A DNA stretch of 64,000 nucleotides from Anolis carolinensis (taxonomy: Eukaryota). The notes beneath the pieces are model-generated. The model worked only from the letters and a program-made list of their open reading frames with translations. It was not told where the DNA came from and did no database searches. The translations under genes and the position numbers were made by a program. Where the stretch lies: NCBI RefSeq assembly GCF_035594765.1, contig NW_026943845.1, forward strand, positions 186,001-250,000, written 5' to 3'. How positions within the stretch are numbered: the first letter of the stretch is position 1; every line of letters begins with the position of its first letter. Shown here piece by piece: positions 49,319 to 61,435 of this stretch.

Positions 49319-50068
49319 TGTCGCACCTCAGGCTAAGTTCACCTTGCTATAGATACCCAGTCAGACACACGGGTAGTCTTTTGAGGTTTTTATTAAGCAA
49401 AGCAGGAAATAAATCAAGCAAGCAATCAAAAGGTAGTTCAAAGTTGTAGTGAAAGAGTCAATAAGTCCAGTAAGATCACAAGGTAAAGAAATGTCCAGTA
49501 ATCCAAAATGCAAGGTCCATAAGTTCAAAGAGCATGGCAAGAGCAATAATCCACAAGGCAAGGTATTAATCCATAGAGTCCAAAGAACAAGGCTCAAGAA
49601 TCCAAGAACACTGACGAGGCAAACATCCGCCTAGATGAAGCGAGGAATTGCTCTGACAAAGAGTGATCTGTAAAAGCACACTTTAATAACAACTCAGAAA
49701 GGCGTTCCTTTTCCCACAGCTAGTCTCCCTTTTCCGCGCCAAACGCTCACTTCTCCGAAACTGGGAACCCATCGAAGACAAACGGTCCTCTCTGGATAAC
49801 TCATTGCTTGTGCTACCGTTATCTTGCACCTGGCCTAGAGCAACCGTCTCCCTCATTATTTCTCAAAGCTGAAGTTTCTCCCTCATCATTTCTTAAGGGA
49901 ATGTCAGCCTGACCGTTATCTATCTCTCCTGGGGTCAGCAGTTTATCTTGCTCAAACTGATTCTGCATCTCTGAGCTGGCTTCAGCCTCAGACAGCTCTT
50001 GAATCCCAAAACCAGAATCCCCTTCATCTTCATCTTGAATCTGGCCAGCCTGTGGCTGGGTCACAACA
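49319..50068 (-). mobile_element. solo LTR in the TLR21 intron
   Basis: TG...CA, 5-bp TSD CATAG (49314-49318, 50069-50073). Confidence 0.85.
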
Positions 50069-50798
50069 CATAGTAAGCAGCCAGAGCTGCTTGGACACAT
50101 GTTGCTAGCTAGAAAGATTAATGGCAACTCAATGAAGCCCTTATCAGTGAACTAAGACACATCCCACATTCCAGTGTCTGTGACATATCTTCCTTCATAG
50201 CAAAATGGAAGTCTTGATGCTTTGCCCTTCTAGCAATAAATCAAGGCTCTATGCAATTAACCACTGGAATGCTGACATACATACACTTTTACAATGAGTG
50301 AACATTTTTCACACTACAAAAACCCTGACACAAAACAGCCACTTCTGTCCTCCTCTGGACTCTCTGAATCCACCCCAGCACCCCCTTCCTCAGAATCTGA
50401 CCAGGCCACAACAAATACGGGAATTGGGAAGGGAAAGATAGTGGGACTCACCAGGCATATATATGGTATGTTGGATAAGAACGTTGGATAAGCGAGTGTT
50501 GGATAAGTGAGACTCTACTGTAATTGGCAGGGTGTATGGCAAAATGGAAGTCTTGATGCTTTGCCCTTCTAGCAATAAATCAAGGCTCTATGCAATTAAC
50601 CACTTAACCACTGGAATGCTGACATACATACACTTTTACAATGAGTGAACATTTTTCACACTACAAAAACCCTGACACAAAACAGCCACTTCTGTCCTCC
50701 TCTGGGCCCTCTGAATCCACCCCAGCACCCCCTTCCCCAGAATCTGACCAGGCCACAACAAATACGGGAATTGGGAAGGGAAGGACAGTGGGGCTCAC

Positions 50799-51200
50799 CA
50801 GGAGGAGGAGGCTGAGGTTGCGGAGGCCTAGGAAGGCGCCGGCGGAGAGGCCTTGCAGGGCGTTGCAGGAGAGGTTGAGGCTGCGCAGGGCGGCCAGGCC
50901 CCGGAAGGCCCCCTCGTCCACGGTCTGCAGGCCGTTGTGGGTCAGGGAGAGCTCGGCCAGGGCCGGCAGGCGGGCGAAGGCCCCGGGGGGCAGGCGGTGG
51001 ATGGCGTTGTGGGAGGCGTTGAGGGCGGTGGCGTTGGCCGGCAGGTCCCCCGTTGCCCAGGAGGCCTCGGCCAGGAAGCGCTGCATGCACTTGAAGTACC
51101 CCGGGTCCCACATGTCCTGGATGCAGTTGCGGAAGCCGTAGGCCCCACAGCCCCCCGCGCACAGCACCACGGACAGCCACAGGCCCGCCAGCACGCACAT
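50799..51200 (-). CDS. TLR21: TLR21 first coding exon (signal peptide, LRR-NT, first LRRs)
   Basis: MCVLAGLWLSVVLCAGGCGAYGFRNCIQ...FKCMQRFL resembles avian TLR21 YGFRNCIE...FRCIQRFL; GTGAGC donor phase 0; splicing restores LSLLLL|HNNRL; total 966 aa; an acceptor at 51217 implies an upstream exon. Confidence 0.93.
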
Positions 51201-52063
51201 CGTCTCCTCCGCCGGCCTGTCGGGAAAGGAAAACAGTGCGGAACGGGCATTACGCTTTCCGGGGAGCACGGCACCCTCCGATCCCTCCCAGCGGGTGGCC
51301 TGGCAGCCAAAACTAGGATAGACATATATACAATATACAATAATATACAATACAATATACAATAATAATAGAGAAAAATAATAAATGTACTCTATATTCT
51401 CGAGTATAGGCTGACCCAAATATAAGCCAGCCAGGACCCTCACCCAAGTATAAGCTGAGGGGGGCTTTTTTAGTCCTAAAAAAAGGGCTGAAAATCTAGG
51501 CTTATACTAGAGTATATACAGTACAGTAATAATAAGATCAGAGTGAAATAATAAATGTATTAATAATAATAATAATAATAATAATAAAAACATTAAAATA
51601 AATGTAATAGTAGCAACAATAATAGAGAAAAATAATAAATGTAATAATAATAGAGTAAAATAATAAATGTAATAATACCAATAATAATAGAGAAAAATAA
51701 TAAATGTACCCTATATTCTCGAGTATAGGCTGACCCAAATATAAGCCAGCCAGGACCCTCACCCAAGTATAAGCCGAGGGGGGGTTTTTTAGTCCTAAAA
51801 AAAGGGCTGAAAATCTAGGCTTATACTAGAGTATATACAGTACAGTAATAATAAGATCAGAGTGAAATAATAAATGTATTAATAATAATAATAATAATAA
51901 TAATAAAAACAGATTAAAATAAATGTAATAGTAGCAACAATAATAGAGAAAATTAATAAATGTAATAATAATAGAGTAAAATAATAAATGTAATAATACC
52001 AATAATAATAGAGAAAAATAGTAAATGTACCATATATTCTCGAGTATAAGCTGACCCAAATGC

Positions 52064-52101
<38 letters not shown>

Positions 52102-54539
52102 GATCAGAGTGAAATAATAAATGTATTAATAATAAAAATAGAGTAAAATAAATGTAATAGTAGCAACAATAGAGAAAAATAATAAATGTAATAATAATAG
52201 AGTAAAATAATAAATGTAATAATACCAATAATAATAGAGAAAAATAACAAATGTACCATATATTCTCGAGTATAAGCTGACCCAAATATAAGCCAACCAG
52301 GACCCTCACCTGAGTATAAGCCAAGGGGGGCTTTTTGAGTCCTAAAAAAAGGGCTGAAAATCTAGGCTTATACTAGAGTATATACAGTAGAGTAATAATA
52401 AGATCAGAGTGAAATAATAAATGTATTAATAATAATAATAAAAATAAAAACAGATTAAAATAAATGTAATAGTAGCAACAATAATAGAGAAAAATAATAA
52501 ATGTAATAATAATAGAGTAAAATAATAAATGTAATAATACCAATAATAATAGAGAAAAATAATAAATGTACCATATATTCTCGAGTATAAGCTGACCCAA
52601 ATATAAGCCAACCAGGACCCTCACCCGAGTATAAGCCCAGGGGGGCTTTTTCAGTCTTTAAAAAAAGACATGTAATAATAAATAGAGTAAAATAATAAAT
52701 GCAATAATAATAATAATAATAAGATCAGAGTGAAATAATAAATGTATTAATAATAAAAAATGGAGTAAAATAAATGTAATAGTAGCAACAATAGAGAAAA
52801 ATAATAAATGTAATAATACCAATAATAATAGAGAAAAATAATACATGTAATAATAATAGAGTAAAATAATAAATGTAATAATAATAATAATAATAATAGA
52901 GAAAAATAACAAATGTACCCTATATTCTCGAGTATAAGCTGACCCAAATATAAGCCAACCAGGACCCTCACCCAAGTATAAGCCGAGGGGGGCTTTTTGA
53001 GTCCTAAAAAAAGGGCTGAAAAACTAGGCTTATACTCGTATATATATACAGTATATCTGACTGATACAGAATCCTAGATTTGGGAGGGGCTCCCCAAGGC
53101 CATCTAGTCTAGCTCTGTTCTTCCAGGAAGCAAGACACCATCCGATCCCTCCTGACAGATGGCCATCCAGCCTCTGCTTGGGGTCTCTTCCGATTGTAGG
53201 ATTCTATGACGCGTGGCCTTTGCCGATCCCCCTTGTAATTCATAACGAACCCATTGTTTTAATGATACAAAAACAGCCCCAAAAAAGGAAAGCGAAAACT
53301 CTTGTTCTTCGTCCTCTTCTCGCTTCCTCCCGGGTCCATCTCACATGATGTTTCATGGTGAGCATCTCGCTTCTGCTTTTAAAGGGCCATTCGTAAACTG
53401 CATTAAGTTCACAGTGTAGAAGATGCACCCTTAGTAGAACTACAACTCCCAGGAGCCACAGCGGCGCAAGGGCCATTGAAATGCATTCATTCCATGGTAT
53501 TATTAATTCCAAGAATATAAGACCGAAACTCCTGGACGCTCAACACTATTCTAGCGTGTGCTTCTTCTTCCATACATTGTCATACCAATGCAAAATACTT
53601 TTATTAAAAGTTGCTTCCTCCCAAAGTTCAACACTGTCACACTATGATTTTTTGTTCCTGGGTTATCAATGTCATTTCTTAATTGGTTCTAGCAAAAACA
53701 TGGGAAAAGTTTATTAAACTTACGAAACTTTTTTTTGCAGGAGGGACATTCTGCTATAGTACATTATATTATATAATTACTAGCTGTGCCCGGCCACGCG
53801 TTGCTGTGGCAAAGTGGTGGTGGTATTGGTTAAAAATTGTTGTGTAATTTTTATTTGACGTTATTTGCAATTTTTTATTAATTTTATTGTAAGTTATATT
53901 TATATTTATTATATTTTATTATTTTCTTGTATTATTTTTAGTTATTTTCTGTTATTATAGTATTTTATTGTATTAATTTTTAGTGTTTTTTATTATTTTT
54001 TATTGGGTTGCTAGGAGACCAAGTTGGAGAAGCTTAGCCTTCTAACTGGCAGCAATTGGATAAAAGCAATTATTCCTCTCTCTCTAATTAGGACTTTATT
54101 TTTCTTTTCTTTTTGTTGTATCAACCTAGAGGCGTGGATGATGGGTTGTGTTGTCAAATTTCGAGGTTGGGGGGCCTGTAGTTTTGTTGTTTTGTGGGTC
54201 GCCGTGATGCCATCACTCTTTTATATATATAGATGTTATATTATATTATTATATACTATTATTATACGTATATTATTGTATTATAATTGCATTATATATT
54301 ATAATTATATTATAATATTATACATACATTATTATATTATTATAGAAATATATTGCAAATATATTGCAATATATTATATTATTATAGAAACATATTGCAA
54401 TTGTATTATCTTATAATTTTATTATATTATATATTTTATTATTATTGTATTATGTTATAGCTATATTTGTATATAATATATTATAATTGTGTTATGTTAT
54501 GATAATTGTATTATATTATTATATTATCATAATTATAAT

Positions 54540-55543
54540 ATATGACTATGTAACACTATAGTTTTTGTTCCTGGGTTATCAATATCATTTCTTAATTGGT
54601 TCTATCAAAAACGTAGGAAAAGTTTTTAAAAGTTTATTAAACTTAAGAAACCTTTTTTTCTTAAGGAGGGACATCCTGCTATAGCACAGTTATTATTATA
54701 TTATACTTACTATATTATATTATCATAATTATATTATATGACTATGTAACACTATGGTTTTTGTTCCTGGGTTATCAATATCATTTCTTAATTGGTTCTA
54801 TCAAAAACTTAGGAAAAGTTTTTAAAAGTTTATTAAACTTAAGAAACCTTTTTTCTTAAGGAGGGACATCCTGCTATAGCACAGTTATTATTATATTATA
54901 CTTACTATATTATATTTTCATAATTATATTATATGACTATGTAACACTATGGTTTTTGTTCCTGGGTTATCAATATCATTTCTTAATTGGTTCTATCAAA
55001 AACTTAGGAAAAGTTTTTAAAAGTTTATTAAACTTAAGAAACCTTTTTTCTTAAGGAGGGACATCCTGCTATAGCACAGTTATTATTATATTATACTTAC
55101 TATATTATATTATCATAATTATATTATATGACTATGTAACACTATGGTTTTTGTTCCTGGGTTATCAATATCATTTCTTAATTGGTTCTATCAAAAACTT
55201 AGGAAAAGTTTTTAAAAGTTTATTAAACTTAAGAAACCTTTTTTTCTTAAGGAGGGACATCCTGCTATAGCACAGTTATTATTATATTATACTTACTATA
55301 TTATATTATCATAATTATATTATATGACTATGTAACACTATGGTTTTTGTTCCTGGGTTATCAATATCATTTCTTAATTGGTTCTATCAAAAACTTAGGA
55401 AAAGTTTTTAAAAGTTTATTAAACTTAAGAAACCTTTTTTTCTTAAGGAGGGACATCCTGCTATAACACAGTTATTATTATATTATACTTACTATATTAT
55501 ATTATCATAATTATATTATATGACTATGTAACACTATGGTTTT
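54540..55543. repeat. ~196-bp tandem repeat (5 copies), next unit split by an RTE insertion
   Basis: GACTATGTAAC at 54544, 54740, 54935, 55130, 55326, 55522; unit resumes at 57576. Confidence 0.9.
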
Positions 55544-57575
55544 ACATATGGCTTCCGTCCCTCCAGAGGAACAGTGGACATGATCTTCACTGCTCGACAG
55601 CTCCAAGAAAAATGCAGGGAACAAAACCAACCTCTGTCCATGGCATTCATAGACCTTGCAAAGACATTCAACACAGTGAATCGCAGCGCTCTCTGGACCA
55701 TCCTACAAAAAATCAGGTGCCCTGACAAATTTGTGAACATCCTGCGGCTCCTCCATGATGACATGATGTCAACAGTCTTGGACAGCAACGGCTCCCAAAG
55801 TGACCCATTTAAGGTGGAATCAGGTGTTAAGCAGGGATGTGTTATTGCCCCCACCTTATTTTCCATCTTCATCGCTATGATACTTCACCTTGTTGATGGG
55901 AAGCTTCCCACCGGAGTGGAAATCCTCTATCGGACAGATGGCAAGCTATTCAACCTCAGCAGACTGAAAGCCAAAACCAAGGTCACCACAACATCTGTTA
56001 TAGAACTCCAATATGCTGATGACAACATGGTCTGTGCGCATTCAGAAGAAGAACTACAAGCCACTTGAAACACTTTCGCAGAAGCATACGAGAAGCTCGG
56101 CCTCTCACTGAACATCGAGAAAACCAAAGTGCTCTTCCAACAGGCACCAGCCAATCCCTCTGCAAAGCCAGGAATACAGCTTAATGGTGTCACATTAGGA
56201 AATGTTGACCATTTCCGCTCCCTTGGCAGCCACCTCTCCACAAAAGTCAACATCGACACTGAAATACAACACCGCCTGAGCTCTGCGAGTGCAGCATTTT
56301 TCAGAATGAAGCAGAGAGTGTTTGACACTGAAATATAACACCGCCTGAGCTCTGAGAGTGCAGCATTTTTCAGAATGAAGCAGAGAGTGTTTGACACTGC
56401 AATATAACACCGCCTGAGCTCTGCGAGTGCAGCATTTTTCAGAATGAAGCAGAGAGTGTTTGACACTGCAATACAACACCGCCTGAGCTCTGCGAGTGCA
56501 GCATTTTTCAGAATGAAGCAGAGAGTGTTTGACACTGAAATATAACTCCGCCTGAGCTCTGAGAGTGCAGCATTTTTCAGAATGAAGCAGAGAGTGTTTG
56601 ACACTGAAATATAACACCGCCTGAGCTCTGAGAGTGCAGCATTTTTCAGAATGAAGCAGAGAGTGTTTGACACTGAAATATAACTCCGCCTGAGCTCTGA
56701 GAGTGCAGCATTTTTCAGAATGAAGCAGAGAGTGTTTGACCCTGAAATATAACACCGCCTGAGCTTTGCGAGTGCAGCATTTTTCAGAATGAAGCAGAGA
56801 GTGTTTGACACTGCAATACAACACCGCCTGAGCTCTGCGAGCGCAGCATTTTTCAGAATGAAGCACAGAGTGTTTGATCCGTAGAGATACCAAGATGCTT
56901 GTTTATAAAGCCATTCCCCTCCCAACCCTGCTCTACGCCTGCGAAACGTGGACTGTGTACAGAGGTCACACCAAACTCCTGGAGCGTTTCCATCATCGTT
57001 GCCTCAGGAAAATCCTGCAAATCTCTTGGGAAGACAGGCGGACAAATGTCAGCGTGCTGGAAGAAGCAAAGACCACCAGCATTGAAGTGATGCTCCTACG
57101 CCATCAACTCCGCTGGACTGAATGCCACGTTGTCCGAATGCCCAAAAGATCACCATCTCCCAAAGCAGTTACTCTACTCCGAACTCAAGAATGGTAAACG
57201 GAATGTTGGTGGGCAGGAAAAGAGATTTAAAGATGGGCTCAAAGCCAACCTTAAAAACTGTGGCAGAGACACTGAGAACTGGGAAGCCCTGGCCCTTGAG
57301 CACTCTAACTGGAGGTCAGCTGTGACCAGCAGTGCTGCGGAGTTCGAAGAGGCACGAACGGAGGGCTTAAGGGAGAAACGGGCCAAGAGGAAGGAGCGTC
57401 AAGCCAACCCCGACCGGGACCAGCTTCCACCTGGAAACCGATGTCCTCACTGCGGAAGGGAGAACATGCGGGTCAAGAATCGGTTTCTTCAGTCACCTAA
57501 GAACACACGCCCAAGATACCAAGGTTGGAAGACTATCGTCCTCGAACGACGAGGGATCGCCTAAGTAAGTAAGTA
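55544..57575 (+). mobile_element. 5'-truncated RTE-clade LINE, inactivated
   Basis: GFRPSRGTVDMIF...FIDLAKTFNTV...GVKQGCVIAPTLF...QYADD; (TAAG)n tail; TSD ACTATGGTTTT; stops and frameshifts. Confidence 0.9.
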
Positions 57576-57894
57576 ACTATGGTTTTTGTTCCTGGGTTAT
57601 CAATATCATTTCTTAATTGGCTCTATCAAAACAAGGGAAAAGTTTATTAAACTGCAAAAACTACAGTACATTTGGCTCTCGTTTGATCAATGAATATCTC
57701 ACCAATTCAACCTAGTTTGTGGCAAGAAAATGAAGTTTCTGGAGCAGAACGACGACTTTCCAAATAAGGACTGCACATAATTAAAGAGGTGATAATTCCT
57801 TCAAAGGAGGAACAGAACAATTTTCAAATGTTGCTACATAGCGTAATAGTGGTCTGAGAATAATGATGCAGGACGATGGGCTTTGCTTCCCTAC

Positions 57895-58010
57895 CTCTGA
57901 ACCTGGAGCCGGGTCTTCACATTCCTTGCGCTGAGATGCTCGGTGTTCGGTTTTGCAAACTCGAGAGAAGAGGAAGTGAAATGGAGCTTCTGTCTTCAGT
58001 TTTGTTTCTG
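57895..58010 (-). promoter_or_regulatory. candidate TLR21 promoter and non-coding exon 1
   Basis: PU.1/IRF composite AAGAGGAAGTGAAA (57968-57981) and candidate donor AG|GTAGGG at 57895/57894 in unique sequence upstream of TLR21. Confidence 0.4.
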
Positions 58011-58115
58011 AATCTGAGAAAGAAGCTGCTGCTGCCGAAGGTGGGGCAGAAGGAGGGCTGGTGTACAGAAAACCTGGTGTACTCATGAATTTTAACTGGT
58101 GGACCAAATCCTGTG

Positions 58116-59050
58116 AATGTGAGCCAAGAGTATGATGCAGCGGCAGAAAAGGCCAAGGCGATCCTAAGCAGCATTCATAGGAGTCTGGTGTCTGGGTGGA
58201 GGAAAGTGATATAGCCATGGCTTGACAATAGTAAGATATAGCTTGAGAATAGTAAGATAGATGGCCCAACATGAGCCAAGAGTGTGGTGCAGCAGCAGAA
58301 AAGGCCAAGATGATCCTAGGTTGCATTCACAGGAATCTGGGGTCTGGATCGAGGAAAGACATATAGCCATGATATATCTTGAGAATAGTAAGATAGATGA
58401 CCCAACATGAGCCAAGAGTGTGGTGCAGCAGCAGAAAAGACTGAGGCGATCCTAGGCTGCATTCATAGGAGTCTGGTGTCTGGATGGAGGAAAGTCATAT
58501 AGCCATGTCTTGTCAATAGTAAGATATATCTTGAGAATAGTAAGATATATGAGCCAAGAGTGTGGTGCAGCAGCAGAAAAGGCCAAGGCGATCCTAGGCT
58601 GCATCCGGAGGAATCTAGTGCCCAGATGGAGGGAAGTCATATAGTCATGACTTGACAATGTAATATATATGGCTGAGCATGAGCGTGACCAAGAGTGTGA
58701 TGTGGCAACTGAAAAGGCCAATACGATCATAGTCTGCATCCATAGGAGTCTAGTGTCTGTGTGGAGGAAAGTCATATATCCATGGCTTGACATTAGTAAG
58801 ACATATGGCTGAATGTGAGCCAAGAGTGGGATGCGGCAGCTGAAAAGGCCAATGCGATTATTGTAGGCTGCATCCAGATAGTGTCTGGATGGGGGAAATA
58901 ATATAGGATGAGTGGCACCTGGCTTGACAGTAATACATAGTAGCTATCATCACCATCATCATCACAGAGTCTTACTAGACTACAAGATGAACATCAGCCA
59001 AGAGTGTGATGCAGCAGCGGAAAAGGCCAATGCGATGCTAGGCTGGATCC
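58116..59050 (+). repeat. degenerate tandem copies (~7) of a CR1 ORF2 fragment
   Basis: ATGAGCCAAGAGTGTG(A/G)TGCAGCAGCAGAAAAGGCCAATGCGATCCTAGGCTGCAT encodes the CR1 MSQxCxAAAxKANAILGCI motif. Confidence 0.75.
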
Positions 59051-60145
59051 ATCGGATTGTATTTTAACTGCTTGGCAAAATGGGGGTGAGGCTGGATGGC
59101 CTTTGGGGCACCTTCCGACTCTAGGAAAGAAAGAGAGGAGGGAAAGAAGGGAAAGGAGAGAGAGAAGGGGAAAGGAAAGNNNNNNNNNNNNNNNNNNNNN
59201 NNNNNNNNNNNNNNNNNNNNNNNNNNNNNNNNNNNNNNNNNNNNNNNNNNNNNNNNNNNNNNNNNNNNNNNNNNNNNNNNNNNNNNNNNNNNNNNNNNNN
59301 NNNNNNNNNNNNNNNNNNNNNNNNNNNGAAAGGGACGTGAGAAGAAGGAGGGAGGAGAAAAAAAGGAAAGGGATGAAGGAAGGAAGGAAGGAAAGGAAAA
59401 GAAATGGAAGGAGGAAGAAAGCAAAGAAGGAAGGAAAGGAAGGAAGGGGAAAGAGAAAAAGAGGGAAGGAAAAGTAGGGGGGAAGCAAAGAAGGAAAGAA
59501 GGAAGGGGAAGAAAGGGAAGAGAGGGAGGAGGCCAGGAAGGAAAGGAGGAAGGGAGGGAGTGAGGAAGGAAGGAAAGAAAAGGAAAAAGAGTGAAGTATG
59601 GAGGGAAGAACAGGAAAAAGGGGAAAGAAAGGGAAGTGAGAAGAAGGAGGGAGGAGAAAAAAGGAAAGGGATGGAGGAAAGAAGGGCAAAGGAAGGGAAG
59701 GAAAGGCAAGGAAAGGAAAGGAAGAAGGGGAGAAAAAAGGAAGGAATGGAAAAGAGGAGGGAANNNNNNNNNNNNNNNNNNNNNNNNNNNNNNNNNNNNN
59801 NNNNNNNNNNNNNNNNNNNNNNNNNNNNNNNNNNNNNNNNNNNNNNNNNNNNNNNNNNNNNNNNNNNNNNNNNNNNNNNNNNNNNNNNNNNNNNNNNAAG
59901 GGAACAGGAAGCTGAAAGGAAGGGAAACGAGGAGGAGGAAGGAAGGAAGGAGAGGGGAGGGAGGGAGGGGGGGAGGAAGGACGTGCTCGGAATGCAGAGA
60001 GAGCGTCGGGGCAACGGCTCCCCGCCCGGGTCTCTGCTCGGAAGCCTCCCCGCATCCCTCTCTCTCTCTCTCCTTCCTTCCTGGCTGCCTCGGGGGCGCG
60101 CCCGTGCCTGCCTTCCTCGTGCGCGCGCAGGGGCGGAGGAGGAGG

Positions 60146-60250
60146 ATGGGGCTGGTGGGGGGCGCGCTGTGGCTCGTGGCCGCCCTCCAGCTCCTCCCGC
60201 CCGAGGCCTGCCGGGCCAAGTACGTCAAGGGCAGGATCCGCACCAAGGAG
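60146..60250 (+). CDS. TMEM145: transmembrane protein 145, exon 1 (gene continues beyond the window)
   Basis: signal peptide followed by AKYVKGRIRTKE (mammalian AKYVRGNLSSKE), GAG|GTGAGC donor, in a CpG island; PRR19 neighbour as in mammals. Confidence 0.88.
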
Positions 60251-60299
60251 GTGAGCCTGCGGCCAAGGGGGGGGGGGCAGGGGAGGGGGGGGGGCTCTG

Positions 60300-61046
60300 G
60301 GTCTGGACAGGGAGGAGGAGGAGGAGGAGGAGGATGAAGGGCCTCTGGGTCTTGCAAGACCAAGAGCAAGGCGATGATGATGATGATGATGATGAAGAAG
60401 ATGATGATGATGAGGATGGGGGTGATGAAGAAGGGGCCTTTGGGTCTGGCCATGGCTGAGGAGGAGGATGAGGATGATGAAGGGCCTCTGGGCCTTGCAA
60501 GACCAAGACGATGAGGATGATGAAGAAGATGATGATGATGAAAAAGGGTCCTTTGGGTCTGGCCATGGCTGAGGAGGAGGATGAGGATGATGAAGGGCCT
60601 CTGGGCCTTGCAAGACCAAGACGATGAGGATGATGAAGAAGATGATGATGATGATGGGCCTTTAGGTCTTGCAAGAGCAAGACGATGATGATGATTATGA
60701 TGATGATGATGGGGTGATGAAGATGGGGCCTCTGGGTCTGGCCATGGCTAATGATGATGATGGTGGTAGGGATGATGATAAAGAAGGGCCTTTGGGTCTT
60801 GCAAGAGCAAAACAATGATGATGATGATGATGGGAGTGATGAAGAAGGGGCCTTTGGGTCTGGCCATGGCTGAGGAGGATGATGAGGGTGATGATGAAGG
60901 GCCTTTGGGTCTTGCAAGAGCAAGACGATGAGGATGATGAGGATGAAGGGGCCTCTGGGTCTGGCCATGGCTTGTGATGATGATGGTGGTGGTGGTGATG
61001 ATGATGATGTTCAAGAAGGGCCTTTGGGTCTTGCAAGAGCAAGACA

Positions 61047-61082
<36 letters not shown>

Positions 61083-61394
61083 GGGGAGATGAAGAAGGGG
61101 CCTCTGGGTCTGGCCATGGCTTGTGATGATGATGGTGGTGGTAGTGATGATGATGAAGAAGAGCCTTTGGGTCTTGCAAGAGCAAGACGATGAGGATGAG
61201 GATGATGATGGGGGTGATGAAGAAGGGGCCTTTGGGTCTGGCCATGGCTGAGGAGGAGGAGGATGATGAAGAAGGGCCTTTGGGTCTTGCAAGAGCAAGA
61301 TGATGATGGTGATGATGATGATGGGGGTGATGATGATGATGATGATGATGGACCTTTGGGTCTTGCAAGAGCAAGATGATGATGATGATGGGGG

Positions 61395-61435
<41 letters not shown>

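Noticed and set aside
45899-51200. TLR21 as a pseudogene or two separate genes; TLR13/TLR22 identity
   Set aside because: Canonical splice sites join the parts in frame into an intact 966-aa protein whose motifs follow avian TLR21 closely.
55927-56925. 332-aa repetitive minus-strand ORF
   Set aside because: Antisense reading of the 69-bp array inside a dead RTE.
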